From the NCBI GenBank assembly GCA_965206595.1, contig OZ242214.1:3040001-3104000 (forward strand): a stretch of 64,000 nt of DNA. Reading direction: 5' to 3'. This document shows, one piece after another, positions 1 through 10,346 of the stretch; positions within the stretch are counted from its first letter, which is position 1, and every line of letters starts with the position of its first letter. Source of the DNA: Candidatus Latescibacterota bacterium (lineage in GTDB: Bacteria > Latescibacterota > UBA2968 > UBA8231). The notes under the pieces are model-generated. The model saw only the letters and a list, made by a program, of their open reading frames with translations, was not told the origin of the DNA and ran no database searches. The position numbers and the translations under genes were made by a program.

Positions 1-1071
1 GTGAGCGGTTGTGCCGATTCCCTGGACCGGTACGGGTTCTGCGTCATCGACAAGGTGATCCCGGACGGGGAGGTGGAGGCCATCCGGGAGGAGGTGGCAG
101 CCGCCCGGGACGTCATCTCCCGCAACATCCAGGCGATCAGAGAGCTTTCTGGTAAAGATGCGCCCCCGGGGGCGCCGCCGGAAGGCGCCGGAGGGGGAGT
201 GGAGCTGCGCCCGGTGCGCCGCCTCGGGCACCCGCCCAAACCTCCCAACGACATCGTCCGGATGCCCCGCTTCGCCCGCCATCTGGCTTCCCCGGTTGTA
301 ACCGCCCTGGCGCGCTGCGTCCTCGACGACCACCTGCGCATCGCCCAGCTGCATCCGCGCATCGTCGAGGCGGGCAAGCCCGACGGAACCGGGGTGGCGG
401 CCCACCGGGAACGCGCCGGCGTGCGCGGATGGCACACGGACTGGCCCCACGACCTGTCGGCCTACGGCATGGGATCGCCCCTGGAAAACGCCGGCTGCAT
501 CCGCCAGCCCTTCCCGGACGTAACCATGTGTCTGGTGATGATCTGGTATCTCACCGACGTCGATGAAAACTCCGGCGGCACCTGGGCGGTCCCCGGATCG
601 CACAAGGACAAACGCAACCCGCGCGGCCCCGGCGACGGCATCATGGTCACCGCTCCGATCCCCGGTGACATGCAAGTGAGGGCGAAGGCCGGATCGGTGT
701 ATATCCAGGACTCCCGTACCTGGCATGCCTCCCCCCGGCACAACCGCAGCGGCCGGGACCGGGCGGCCATGGTGACCCGCTGGTGTCCCTGGTGGTTGTC
801 GGTCGACGACTACGCCCCGGGCGATGCCTTCAGCACCAGCATCGTCTGCCGGCCGCTCTCCCAAGAGGAGTATCTCGCCTTGCCTGAGGCCCTGCGGCCG
901 CTGATGAGGCACCTCTGTCCCGGTGAGCGGGACACCCTGCAGCAGCCGGTGCTCGACCGCTCCGAGGCGGCCGATCGTCAGAACCAGCGGGGATTCCGCC
1001 TGCTGGAGGAAAACCCGCAAGCCCTGGCACAGGCCAACGCCCACATCCGGGTCCCGGTGGAGGATCGGTGA
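1..1071 (+). CDS. PhyH-family Fe(II)/2-oxoglutarate dioxygenase (possibly 5' partial)
   Basis: YGFCVIDKVI N-terminus, WHTD (HxD), WYLTDVDENSGGT-VPGSH, distal WH, RAA; GTG is the first base of the window. Confidence 0.9.
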   Translation: MSGCADSLDRYGFCVIDKVIPDGEVEAIREEVAAARDVISRNIQAIRELSGKDAPPGAPPEGAGGGVELRPVRRLGHPPKPPNDIVRMPRFARHLASPVVTALARCVLDDHLRIAQLHPRIVEAGKPDGTGVAAHRERAGVRGWHTDWPHDLSAYGMGSPLENAGCIRQPFPDVTMCLVMIWYLTDVDENSGGTWAVPGSHKDKRNPRGPGDGIMVTAPIPGDMQVRAKAGSVYIQDSRTWHASPRHNRSGRDRAAMVTRWCPWWLSVDDYAPGDAFSTSIVCRPLSQEEYLALPEALRPLMRHLCPGERDTLQQPVLDRSEAADRQNQRGFRLLEENPQALAQANAHIRVPVEDR

Positions 1072-1093
1072 CGCCGGGGGAGCGAGAGTGCGC

Positions 1094-1459
1094 ATGAGCC
1101 GCAAGAGCGAAACCTGCTTCGGCAGCCGGACAGCCGGAGCGCTGACCGAGTACGACTCGGAATTCGACGCCCGGGAAGCGGCCGAGTACGCCAACAGCCG
1201 CTACCGCAGGAACCTGGTCCCCTATCGGTGCGACCGCTGCGGCATGTGGCATCTCGCACCCGGCAGCAGGAACACCCCGAGCCGGCCGTGCGGCTACTGC
1301 ACCGGCAGGGACGGCCTGCCCAAGGAGTCCTACCGCAGCCGCGAGGCCGCGGCCCTCCGGGCGGAGATCCTGCGCAAGGAAGAAGGGGCTTCGCTGCAGG
1401 TGTACGCCTGCCAGTACGGCGACGGCTGGCACCTCACCGGCAGCCGACGGCGGCCTTGA
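1094..1459 (+). CDS. Small hypothetical protein with two tandem Cys/His (putative Zn-binding) repeats
   Basis: ATG at 1094 (MSRKSETC...); YRCDRCGMWHL and YACQYGDGWHL repeats, each preceded by Y-x-S-x3-A. Confidence 0.7.
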   Translation: MSRKSETCFGSRTAGALTEYDSEFDAREAAEYANSRYRRNLVPYRCDRCGMWHLAPGSRNTPSRPCGYCTGRDGLPKESYRSREAAALRAEILRKEEGASLQVYACQYGDGWHLTGSRRRP

Positions 1460-1496
1460 GGGGCGTCACCAGGATTCACCGGAACGGAAAATCATC

Positions 1497-2267
1497 ATGC
1501 CCCCCGATATCGACCGCTACGTCGAGGCAGTCCTGACCAGGGGCCACTGCCTGCTCGAGAACCAGTTTCCCCGCGACGCCGTCGAAGCCTGCCGCGCCGG
1601 GTTTCTCCCCCTGCTCGAGGAGGTGGCGCGCCGCATCCCGGAAGGGAACCGCGGCCCCAACCGCTGGGCCATCGGCCTGCCGTTCGCGCCCCCCTTCTAT
1701 CACTCCGCCTTCTTTCTCGACGAGACCGTAAACCGGATCTGCAGCCGCATCCTCGGAGACGACATGCACGTCGTCTACTACGGCACCGACACCCCTGTCG
1801 CCGGCTCCGGGTACCAGAAGGTGCATGCCGACATACCGATGCTGTTCCCCGAGGACCCCAACCACAGGCATCCCCCCGCGACCCTGTCGGTGCGTTTCAC
1901 CTTCGGCGACATGACGATGGAGAACGGACCTTTCGAAGTGGCCCCGGGTATGCAGCACCTGCCACGGCAGGAGACGCTGGCCCGGCTGGAATCAAGGGAG
2001 CTGCCGCTGGAGCCGCTGCTGCTAAAGGTCGGGGACGTGATCGTGTCGGACGCCCGCACTCCGCATCGAGGCACCCCCAACCATACCCGCGAGCCGCGGC
2101 CGTTCGCGGTCATCGTATACAACCGCTCCTGGTACTTCACCGAGTCGATGGATGTGCGCGAGCTCGAGGCCAACGAGGAGACCCCGAGGCTCACCGAGTC
2201 TTTCTACCGGTCCCTGTCGGAGAAGGAGCAATTCCTGCTGCGCCGGCTGAAGCGGCAGCCGGGCTAG
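1497..2267 (+). CDS. PhyH-family dioxygenase
   Basis: QKVHAD (HxD), ENGPFEVAPG, PHRGTPN, PRP. Confidence 0.9.
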   Translation: MPPDIDRYVEAVLTRGHCLLENQFPRDAVEACRAGFLPLLEEVARRIPEGNRGPNRWAIGLPFAPPFYHSAFFLDETVNRICSRILGDDMHVVYYGTDTPVAGSGYQKVHADIPMLFPEDPNHRHPPATLSVRFTFGDMTMENGPFEVAPGMQHLPRQETLARLESRELPLEPLLLKVGDVIVSDARTPHRGTPNHTREPRPFAVIVYNRSWYFTESMDVRELEANEETPRLTESFYRSLSEKEQFLLRRLKRQPG

Positions 2268-2291
2268 TTTTCTGGGGCTGCCCGGACTACT

Positions 2292-3263
2292 TCAGTGGAC
2301 CTTCCGCGCGCGGTAGTCGGCCATGACCTGCTCGGTGCGGCGCAGGAGGTGCTCGTCCTTCTCGCTGCGCACCGCGGTGGGGTCCATCCCCGACCAGTCG
2401 TAGTACCCCTTCCCCGACTTCAGTCCCGTCTCGCCGCGCTCGACCATGGCCCGCAGGTAGGCCAGCGCTTCCTCCCAGCCCCCTAGGTGTCTCCACAGGT
2501 GGCCGGCCACGTTCACGTGCATCGCGAGCCCGTTGATGTCGCGCTGCTTGAGGGGGCCGGCGGTGGTGAACCGCGGGGCCAGGCCCAGCTCGACGGCCAG
2601 GTCGATGGACTCGGCGTCGGCCACGCCGGTGACCAGCAGGTTCACGGCCTCGCAGATCACGGCGTGCTGCAGGCGGTTGCACAGGAAGCCGGGCACGTCC
2701 TTCTCGACGCGCAGGGGGATCTTGTCCAGCCGCCGCCAGATCTCGCAGGAGCGGTCCATGGCCTCGTCCGAGGTCCTGTTCCCGCGGATGACCTCCAGGA
2801 CGGGGACGATGTGGGCGGGCTGGAAGAAGTGGGAGCCGGCGATGCGGTCCGGGTGGGCCATGCGCTCGCCGAGCTGGGTGATGGGCAGGCCGGAGGTGTT
2901 GCTCGCCAGCACCGTGTCCCGGGGGGCCGCCGCGTCCATGCGCCGGAAGACCTCCTGCTTGGCCTCGAGGTTCTCCGTGATCGATTCGACGACGAACTGC
3001 GCGGTGCCGACGGCTTCCTCCAGCTCCGTGGTGGTGCGGATGCGGCCGGCCACGGCTGCGGCCGTCTCGCCCTTCAGCAGATCGTGCCGCTGCAGGTCGC
3101 CGGCGCCCCGCCGGATGCTGTCCATGGCCTGGTCCAGGGTTTCCTGGCGCCGGCTCACCAGCACCGTTTCCCTGCTGCCGAGGGCCAGCACCAGGGCGAT
3201 CTGGCTGCCCATGAGGCCGCCTCCGACGACGGCCGACTTCTCGATAAACAGATCCGGTTCCAT
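2292..3263 (-). CDS. 3-hydroxyacyl-CoA dehydrogenase family protein
   Basis: GGGLMG Rossmann motif, ESITENLEAK, ASNTS, GSHFFQP, PGFLCNRLQ; start MEPDLF chosen. Confidence 0.9.
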   Translation of the reverse strand: MEPDLFIEKSAVVGGGLMGSQIALVLALGSRETVLVSRRQETLDQAMDSIRRGAGDLQRHDLLKGETAAAVAGRIRTTTELEEAVGTAQFVVESITENLEAKQEVFRRMDAAAPRDTVLASNTSGLPITQLGERMAHPDRIAGSHFFQPAHIVPVLEVIRGNRTSDEAMDRSCEIWRRLDKIPLRVEKDVPGFLCNRLQHAVICEAVNLLVTGVADAESIDLAVELGLAPRFTTAGPLKQRDINGLAMHVNVAGHLWRHLGGWEEALAYLRAMVERGETGLKSGKGYYDWSGMDPTAVRSEKDEHLLRRTEQVMADYRARKVH

Positions 3264-3297
3264 TCTCTTCCGCCTCCTTTGCGGGTTTGCCTGGTCT

Positions 3298-4644
3298 TCA
3301 CCTTGCAGCGGCCGCCCCGCCGGCACCGCGACCGGCGGCCGGTGACTGGAGCGTGCCTTTCACGACGTGCAGCGATTCCTCGGCCGCCTGAAGCGTGCGG
3401 TCGACGTCGCCGGCGCTGTGCGCCAGCGACAGGTAGAGCTTGCCCCCGGGGGTGACCAGGACGCCGCGGCGGATCATCTCCACGCCGAAGCGGCGGGCCG
3501 CCCCGGCGTCGGCCCTCAGCCCGTCGATGTGGTTGCGGACCGGCGCCTCGGTGAACACCGGCTGCAGCACCGGACCGTCGCCGATCACCTGAAAGGGGAG
3601 CTCCAGGCGCCGGCCGGCCTCCTCCAGGCCCTGCCGCAGGCGGTCCGAGGTCTCGAAAAGCCGCGGGTAGACCCCCTCCTTCTCCAGCTCGTCCAGGGTC
3701 GCCAGGCCCGCGGCGCAGCCCACGGGATTGCCGTTCATGGTGCCGCTGGCGAAGACGTACCCGCTCTCGGCCTTGCGCCGGGGGTCGGCCAGGGCCATGA
3801 CCTCCTCGCGGCCGCAGACCGCGGCGAGCGGATAGCCGCCGCTGATCGTCTTGCCGTACACGGCCAGGTCCGGGACCACGCCGTAGCGCTCCTGGGCGCC
3901 GCCCCAGGCGAGACGGAAACCGGTGACGATCTCGTCGAAGACCAGCAGCACGCCGTGGGACCGCGTCACCTCCCTCAACCTCTCCAGGAAGCCCGGCTCC
4001 GGGGGAATGGCCCGCTGCAGGGGCTCGACGATGACGGCGGCGAGATCCCTTGCGTGCCCGGCCACGGTGAGAGCCGCGGCCTCGGGGTCGTTGAAAGGGG
4101 CGACGAGAACGGTCCTTGATGCGGCCCCCGGAATCCCCGAGGAATCGGGTACGGGGTTCGGGTACTCCGCGGGGACGGAGGGGGCCGCGCTCTGCAGGGC
4201 GTAGTCGTGGGCCCCGTGCCACCCGCCCTCGAACTTGAGGACCTTCTCCCGGCCGGTGAAGGCCCGGGCCAGGCGCAGGGCGGTGAAGGTTCCCTCGGTT
4301 CCGGAGCTGCCGTAGCGCAGCAGGCCGCCGCAGGGAACGGCCTCGGTGACGCGCCGGGCGAGGCGGAGGGCGGGCTCGTTGAGGCCGTAGAAGGTCGAAC
4401 CCAGCCCCGCCTGCTCGCGCACCGCGGCGACCACCGCGGGGTGGGCGTGTCCCAGGATCAGGGGCCCCGAGCCGAGGACGTAGTCGATGTACTCCTTCCC
4501 GGCCACGTCCCGGATGCGGCTGCCCTCGCCCCGGTGGAACACCGCGGCGACCTCGTCGGGGAGACGGAACATCCCGAAGCAACCCCCCACCAGGACGCGC
4601 TCGGACAGCTCGATCAGACTCTGCTGCAGGCCGGCTCCTTCCAT
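3298..4644 (-). CDS. Class III PLP aminotransferase (glutamate-1-semialdehyde aminomutase-like)
   Basis: YIDYVLGSGPLILGHAHP, SGTEG, FDEIVTGFR, PDLAVYGKTISGG (PLP Lys), SGTMNGNP. Confidence 0.9.
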   Translation of the reverse strand: MEGAGLQQSLIELSERVLVGGCFGMFRLPDEVAAVFHRGEGSRIRDVAGKEYIDYVLGSGPLILGHAHPAVVAAVREQAGLGSTFYGLNEPALRLARRVTEAVPCGGLLRYGSSGTEGTFTALRLARAFTGREKVLKFEGGWHGAHDYALQSAAPSVPAEYPNPVPDSSGIPGAASRTVLVAPFNDPEAAALTVAGHARDLAAVIVEPLQRAIPPEPGFLERLREVTRSHGVLLVFDEIVTGFRLAWGGAQERYGVVPDLAVYGKTISGGYPLAAVCGREEVMALADPRRKAESGYVFASGTMNGNPVGCAAGLATLDELEKEGVYPRLFETSDRLRQGLEEAGRRLELPFQVIGDGPVLQPVFTEAPVRNHIDGLRADAGAARRFGVEMIRRGVLVTPGGKLYLSLAHSAGDVDRTLQAAEESLHVVKGTLQSPAAGRGAGGAAAAR

Positions 4645-4718
4645 CTGTTCATGGCCTCCCGCGCCGGGCAGGCGCGGTCGTTTCAGTTGCCGCCGTCCAC
4701 AGTCCCCCTCCCGACCCG

Positions 4719-6071
4719 TCACGGAGCAAACTGGTAGACCACCGACAACTGCCCCGGGTCCGTGATCTCCGGGTCCGTGTGGTGGTAGATGCTCACGCCC
4801 CCGGTGCCGCAATCGCCGAAATCGTCGCAGGAGAGCGTGCCGATGAGGCCCTGAAAGCCGGATGTCGCCGCGATACCCTCGCGCAGCGCGGCACGGTCGA
4901 CGTACAACTTGCCGCCCTCGGCCACCGCAACGGATTGGATGGCGCTGAGCAGCACGGTCGTGGCGTCGTAGGCGTGCGCCCAGTACGGAGCGGCATGAGT
5001 CACGCCATAGGTGGTTTCGATCGCCTCGAGAACCGCGTCGGCGTTCTTGTTGGTCGCGGCATTGACGTTCGAGCTGTGCACGGGCTCCGGCCCGGCAAAG
5101 TAGATGCCTTCGGACTGCGGTGTGCCGAGGAATTCCGACAGAAAGAGAGCCGCGTCCGTGATCAGCGTCGCATCTTTAAGGCCGTCGACCTCCCTCACCT
5201 GCTCGGCAAATGGCGAGCCTTCCGCAATGAAAAGCGGGAAGAAGATGCCGTCCGGCTCGGCTGCGGCGAACTCCTCCAGGATGTCCGCCATGTCCGTGGT
5301 CCCCTTCTCGATTCGGGCGTTGCCGGCGACCTCGCCGCCGAGTTCGCGGAACACATTGCCGAAGGCGACGGTCAGGCCCATGGTGTACGGGTCGCCGTCG
5401 TCTATGGACACCATGCGCCGCAGACCCAGTTCACTGTATGCGAAGTCGGCGACCGCTTGCCCCTGATAGAGATCGTTGTTGGCAGTGCGGAAATAGCCGG
5501 GGTGGTAGTCGGGACTCGCGTTGCCGGCGAGGTCGGATGTGAGCGCAGGCGAGGTGTTGGCCGGCGAAATCATAACCAGCCCCGCTTCGCTGAGCAGCGG
5601 CGAGGCCGCCACTGCCGCGCCCGAGCACAAAGTGCCGATGACGGCGACTACCTGTGGGTCGGCGATGATCTGCTCGGCACTTGCGCGTCCCCCTTCCGCC
5701 GAACACCCGCCGTCTAGCGGTTCGCCGAGCTCGACCTCGAGACCGTGGATGCTGCCGAAGTCCCGGACAGCCAACTCGGTGCTGTACCGCAACCACTCGG
5801 CAACCGACGGCACGACGACGTGCGCGAGCACCGAACGGATCTGGATGGCCTCGCCGGCGCCGATCTCGACCGCGCCGAGCGGTCCGGCCTCGAAGGCGGG
5901 CGCTTCTGCCCGCGACTCGGCCAGCCCCGCGACCGGGGCGCTCAGGGTCAGGCTGCTGCTTGTGCGCTTGCCGGACGCCTCGCCCGGAGAGTTGGAGGAA
6001 ACGGGATCGCGGTCCGAGCAGGCGCCCAGGACCAGGAGGCCGGGGAGCAGGAAGGAAAGGGCGGATTTCAT
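4719..6071 (-). CDS. Branched-chain amino acid (LivJ/K-type) ABC substrate-binding lipoprotein, orphan
   Basis: Lipobox LGAC; VIGTLCSG, MISPANTSPALT, YFRT, HAYDA; no permease adjacent. Confidence 0.85.
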   Translation of the reverse strand: MKSALSFLLPGLLVLGACSDRDPVSSNSPGEASGKRTSSSLTLSAPVAGLAESRAEAPAFEAGPLGAVEIGAGEAIQIRSVLAHVVVPSVAEWLRYSTELAVRDFGSIHGLEVELGEPLDGGCSAEGGRASAEQIIADPQVVAVIGTLCSGAAVAASPLLSEAGLVMISPANTSPALTSDLAGNASPDYHPGYFRTANNDLYQGQAVADFAYSELGLRRMVSIDDGDPYTMGLTVAFGNVFRELGGEVAGNARIEKGTTDMADILEEFAAAEPDGIFFPLFIAEGSPFAEQVREVDGLKDATLITDAALFLSEFLGTPQSEGIYFAGPEPVHSSNVNAATNKNADAVLEAIETTYGVTHAAPYWAHAYDATTVLLSAIQSVAVAEGGKLYVDRAALREGIAATSGFQGLIGTLSCDDFGDCGTGGVSIYHHTDPEITDPGQLSVVYQFAP

Positions 6072-6197
6072 GGGATTCCTCCTTTGGAGATTGGGTTGAT
6101 GCCTCGGTTGAGGCAGGGCAAGCATGTGACCGGTACCGGAGGCAAGGATCTGGCCCCCTGTGGGCGGTATGCCGTTTCCAGCGGCAGTATCGCCGAT

Positions 6198-6707
6198 TCA
6201 GTTCGTATCGACGATGGCGACGCCGTCGCGCATTTCGATAACCAGCACGCGGTCCCCGGGATTGAGAGGGACCTTGTCCTCCGCCCGGCGCGCCAGGAGC
6301 TCGATGGTGCGGCCCTGGATGGTTCCGGAAATTTTCCCGGTGCCGCCGGTGCCGATGGGAATGGTGACTTCGGCTTCGAGGCCGACCAGGTCGTCCCCTT
6401 CCAGGGAACTGTCCGCGGTGGAGGTGCTCAGGCGGCTGAGAACCCAGTCTCCCAGGAAGGCGCAGACCATACCTGTACCCAGCGCCGTGAACAACGCCGC
6501 ACCCTGCCCCATCAACTGGCTGCCGAGAATTCCCGCCAGCCCGAAGAAGAAGGCGAAGAACAACAGCGTCCTGAGCCGCAGGAAGGCCAGCGCCCTCAGC
6601 CCGTCCCCCAGGCCATCGCCGTCTCCCCCGAAAAGCGAGGCGCCGACGGCGATGCCGCCGACGATCAGCCCGCTCAGGTACAGGTAGAAGAGATCCACGC
6701 TACCCAT
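6198..6707 (-). CDS. NfeD-like membrane protein (C-terminal OB fold)
   Basis: Three hydrophobic segments, then LVGLEAEVTIPI...GDRVLVIE; overlaps the flotillin gene. Confidence 0.8.
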   Translation of the reverse strand: MGSVDLFYLYLSGLIVGGIAVGASLFGGDGDGLGDGLRALAFLRLRTLLFFAFFFGLAGILGSQLMGQGAALFTALGTGMVCAFLGDWVLSRLSTSTADSSLEGDDLVGLEAEVTIPIGTGGTGKISGTIQGRTIELLARRAEDKVPLNPGDRVLVIEMRDGVAIVDTN

Positions 6708-7980
6708 CCTGGGCCGCGGGCTGGCCGTCGGCCTTCTCGGCGATGACCGAAGCGAGGTCGACGCCGGTGGTGGCCTTGATGCTCTCGAACAGCGCCGGCG
6801 CCAGCGCACCGATCTGGTGGACGACCGCGGGCAGACCGCTGTGGCTGCCGTTTCCGGAATCGACGACGGCGAGGTGGTCGATCTTGATGTCCTTGGCCAT
6901 GCCGGTGATCTGCTCGACCAGGCCCGGGAGCATCTGGATCAGCAGAAGCTCCTTGCCGTTGGAGCCGGCAACGGTCCAGACATGGTTTTTCTGCTTGAGC
7001 ACCTGGATCTCCGCGAGGCCGTTCTCGAGGATGTTGGCCGCCTCCCCCTTGGCTCGCAGCTCCGCGGCGTCGCGGTCGGCGCGCGCCGGCTCGATGACCT
7101 CGATTTCGAGCTGGCGCTTCTGCAACGCCAGCCGCTCCTGCTCGACCTCCTGCTCGGCCTGGACCTCGGCCTTGCGGGCGATTTGCGCAGCGCGCTTTTC
7201 CGCGGCCAGGGCCTCCCCTTCAAGCTCGGCCTTGCGGACGCGGAGAAGGTTTTGCGCATCGACGATCTGGACCTGGGCTTCGGCGTCGGCGACCTCGCCG
7301 CGACGGCGGGCCCCGGCCGACTTCTCCTGGGATTCGGCGCGGTTCTCCGCCTCGGCGATCTCGGCTTCCTTGAGGACGGCGGCCGTGCTCTTGCGGCCGA
7401 TGGCGTCGAGATAGCCGACCTCGTCGGAGACGTTCTGAATCTTCAGCGTGTCGAGGACGAGGCCGAGCTTGTGCAAATCGACGTCGGCCTCGCCGATCAG
7501 GGATTCGGCGAATTTGAGGCGGTCCTCATTGACTTCCTCGGGGGTCAGGGTGGCGAGGACACCGCGCAGGTTGCCCTCGAGGGTGTCCTTGGCAATCTCC
7601 TGGACTTCGACCAGCTGTTTGCCGAGGAAGCGCTCCAGCGCATTGCCGAGGAGGGGCTCGTCGCCGGCGATTTTGATGTTGGCAATGCCCTGGACCGACA
7701 GCGGTATGCCCCCCTTCGAGTAGGCGTTGGTGATCGAGACTTCGAGGGGAATCGTGCGCAGGTCGAGGCGGTCGACCTTTTCGAGAAGCGGGATGCGGAA
7801 GGCGCGGCCTCCCTTTATTACGCGGTAGCCGACCTCGCGGCCGTCGGAGGTTACGCGCTTGCGGCCCGAGAAGATGATGACCTCGCTGGGCTGGCAGATG
7901 AAGAGATTCGTCGTGATGATGACGATCAGCACGACGAGCAGCGCGGCAAAAACCAGGGCGAAGGTCAGGAGCATTCCCAT
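6700..7980 (-). CDS. Flotillin/SPFH-domain protein
   Basis: N-terminal TM; TLEGNLRGVLATLTPEEVNEDR, GYLDAIG, Ala/Glu-rich coiled coil; RBS GGAGG. Confidence 0.92.
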   Translation of the reverse strand: MGMLLTFALVFAALLVVLIVIITTNLFICQPSEVIIFSGRKRVTSDGREVGYRVIKGGRAFRIPLLEKVDRLDLRTIPLEVSITNAYSKGGIPLSVQGIANIKIAGDEPLLGNALERFLGKQLVEVQEIAKDTLEGNLRGVLATLTPEEVNEDRLKFAESLIGEADVDLHKLGLVLDTLKIQNVSDEVGYLDAIGRKSTAAVLKEAEIAEAENRAESQEKSAGARRRGEVADAEAQVQIVDAQNLLRVRKAELEGEALAAEKRAAQIARKAEVQAEQEVEQERLALQKRQLEIEVIEPARADRDAAELRAKGEAANILENGLAEIQVLKQKNHVWTVAGSNGKELLLIQMLPGLVEQITGMAKDIKIDHLAVVDSGNGSHSGLPAVVHQIGALAPALFESIKATTGVDLASVIAEKADGQPAAQDG

Positions 7981-8293
7981 CTCGTACCTCCTTTGGGGTT
8001 TGGGGACGAATGGGCAGACAATGGAAAGTTAATTTACCGATGCCCTGTCACGCTTCCGAGAACTAATTTGCGGACGGCGGGCGGCTGGACTTCCGGCGGT
8101 ACGCCGAGGAGGTGGCCTGGCACGAGGGGGAGGGGGTCGGCTGCGCGCTGGCGGGCGTACGCGCCGATTCTCCTGGCCGGCTATTCGTGCAGGATGGGCT
8201 TGGTCGGCATGTCTTCCATCGCGCTGGCCCTGATTTCCAAGGCCGTGTCGAGCATTGTGTTTAAGGCTTTGGGTGCGTAACACCAAGTTGTAT

Positions 8294-8338
8294 AATGCCC
8301 CCTTTTTCGTACATTGCACGTACGAAAAAGGGGGCATT
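8294..8338. promoter_or_regulatory. Perfect 19-bp inverted repeat (putative operator) upstream of the AAA/DUF4143 gene, overlapping TATAAT
   Basis: aatgccccctttttcgtac-N7-gtacgaaaaagggggcatt; TATAAT at 8291-8296; ATG at 8348. Confidence 0.75.
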
Positions 8339-8347
8339 TTATTCATC

Positions 8348-9724
8348 ATGTATAGATCGGCTGAACGCGCTCTGGCCCAATGGTTTGCCACCCCACAGCG
8401 AAAACCGCTGGTCATCCGCGGTGCTCGCCAAGTGGGTAAATCCACCCTGGTGCGGCAATTCGCCCAGTCCCATCGCCTGCACCCCAACGAAATCAACCTC
8501 GAGCGCCACCCAGACCTGGACCCCGTCTTCCAGACCTTGGACCTGACGCGCATCCGCCGGGAACTCGAAGGGCTGCTGGGTCAACCGCTGTTGGCAGCGG
8601 GCAGCCTGCTCTTCCTCGACGAAATCCAAGCAACCCCACACGCCCTGCCCGCCCTGCGCTATTTCTTCGAAGACCACCCCGAGCTGCCGGTTATCGCCGC
8701 GGGCTCCCTGCTCGAATTCGTCCTCTCGCAACACGCCTTTACCATGCCGGTAGGACGCATTCAATACTTCCACCTAGGCCCGATGAGCTTTGAAGAATTT
8801 CTCGCCGAACTGGACCCGCCCCTCTTGGCCTATCTGCCGGACTACACCCTTGAGCATCCCCTGCCCCATACCGTCCACACCCGCTTGTCGGCCTGTCAGC
8901 GGGAATACTTGCTGGTGGGTGGTATGCCCGAAGCCGTAGCCGCATATAGCTCCACCCGCCGCTTTGCCGACGTGACGCCGGTGCATCAGTCCATCGTCGA
9001 TACCTACCAGGACGATTTTGCCAAGTACTCCTCCGCCCGAGTCCTGCTGCGCCTGCAGCGAGTCTTCAACTACGTTCCCCGGACCGTGGGTCGCAAAGTC
9101 AAATACACCCGGATCGACCGCGAGGAGACCGCCCGCGAACTGCGGGCCGCCATCGACTTGCTGGTCAATTCCCGGGTCATTGCACCCGTCTTCCACAGTA
9201 CCTGTTCCGGGGTGCCTATCCACGCCGATGTCGATTGGAAGACCTACAAACTCCTCTTTTTGGACATCGGCCTGATGAACCGTCTGTGCGGCCTGGACTG
9301 GCTGGCTCTGAAGGACCTGGACGACCGCCAACTGGTCAATGAAGGAGCCTTGGCCGAACAGTTCGTCGGGCAACACTTACTCTACTTGGAAGAGGGTCGG
9401 GAAACGCCCCGTTTGAACTACTGGCTGCGGGAAGGGAAAAGTGCCAACGCCGAAGTTGACTACGCGATTGCCCGGGGGGCTTGGATCGTGCCGGTCGAAG
9501 TCAAAGCCGGCACCAGCGGCACCCTGCGCTCGCTGCATCAGTTCGCCTTGGCCAAAGGGACGCGCCTCGCGGTGCGCTTCGACCTCAATCCGCCCACCGT
9601 CCAGTCCATCCGGCACCAAGTGAGCGGAACGCGGCAGCGCGTGGAAATGACCTTGCTCTCGCTGCCGCTTTACCTGGTGGGGCAACTGGGCCGCCTGCTG
9701 GACCGGCTCAGGCAGGAGCGATAA
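8348..9724 (+). CDS. AAA_14 ATPase + DUF4143 (C-terminal PD-(D/E)xK-like) protein
   Basis: Walker A GARQVGKS, Walker B FLDEIQ, GGMPEAV, EVDY...PVEVK. Confidence 0.9.
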   Translation: MYRSAERALAQWFATPQRKPLVIRGARQVGKSTLVRQFAQSHRLHPNEINLERHPDLDPVFQTLDLTRIRRELEGLLGQPLLAAGSLLFLDEIQATPHALPALRYFFEDHPELPVIAAGSLLEFVLSQHAFTMPVGRIQYFHLGPMSFEEFLAELDPPLLAYLPDYTLEHPLPHTVHTRLSACQREYLLVGGMPEAVAAYSSTRRFADVTPVHQSIVDTYQDDFAKYSSARVLLRLQRVFNYVPRTVGRKVKYTRIDREETARELRAAIDLLVNSRVIAPVFHSTCSGVPIHADVDWKTYKLLFLDIGLMNRLCGLDWLALKDLDDRQLVNEGALAEQFVGQHLLYLEEGRETPRLNYWLREGKSANAEVDYAIARGAWIVPVEVKAGTSGTLRSLHQFALAKGTRLAVRFDLNPPTVQSIRHQVSGTRQRVEMTLLSLPLYLVGQLGRLLDRLRQER

Positions 9725-10346
9725 GGTCGCCCTGTTCTACGGATTCATCGGCGGCGGGGGCGCGTGGCCGCACTTGATCTATCAGTCGCCTAGGGTGGGG
9801 CGTGATGCGCCTCCGCCCAGCATCATGCCACTCATCGGGATTGTTCCTCTTTCTTCTGGAATAGCCCTCAGCCATCTGTCCAAATTCTCGCGATCATTTC
9901 CGGATATCCACGATGGGCGGTGGGGGCGTTCCGAACGAACTCGGCACCAGCCTCTTTGCGGAAGCGCTGCTTGAAAATGAGACAGATCGTCCATGGTGAT
10001 CGAACCTCTGCCGCCGGTTGCTTCGTAGAAATTGGAATACGTATTGCCACGCCAGACGGTATTGGTCTCACCGACATGGCTGATCCAGGATACGTCGTCG
10101 CTCCCGGAGCTTTCGACGCCGCCTCGGCTATGTGCTTCAAGCTGACCGGCGAGCGGGGCTACCTGGAGGTGGGCAGGGTACTGCTGGTCCGCCTTGCCGA
10201 ATCGCAGGACTGGAGCGACGATCCGAGGAAACGCGGCGCCGTGGGCATGAGCCCGATGTACCTGAGCCTGCTGTTTTTCGGCGTGCCCTGTCTGCTGGGG
10301 GTACTGCAGGAGGCGGGGCTAGAGGAGTGAGGGCGGTGCCGCCCGG

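Noticed and set aside
3298-4644. Calling this hemL
   Set aside because: No tetrapyrrole genes nearby and catabolic context; only the family can be supported
6198-7980. Flotillin-NfeD pair as a novel system
   Set aside because: Well-known conserved operon
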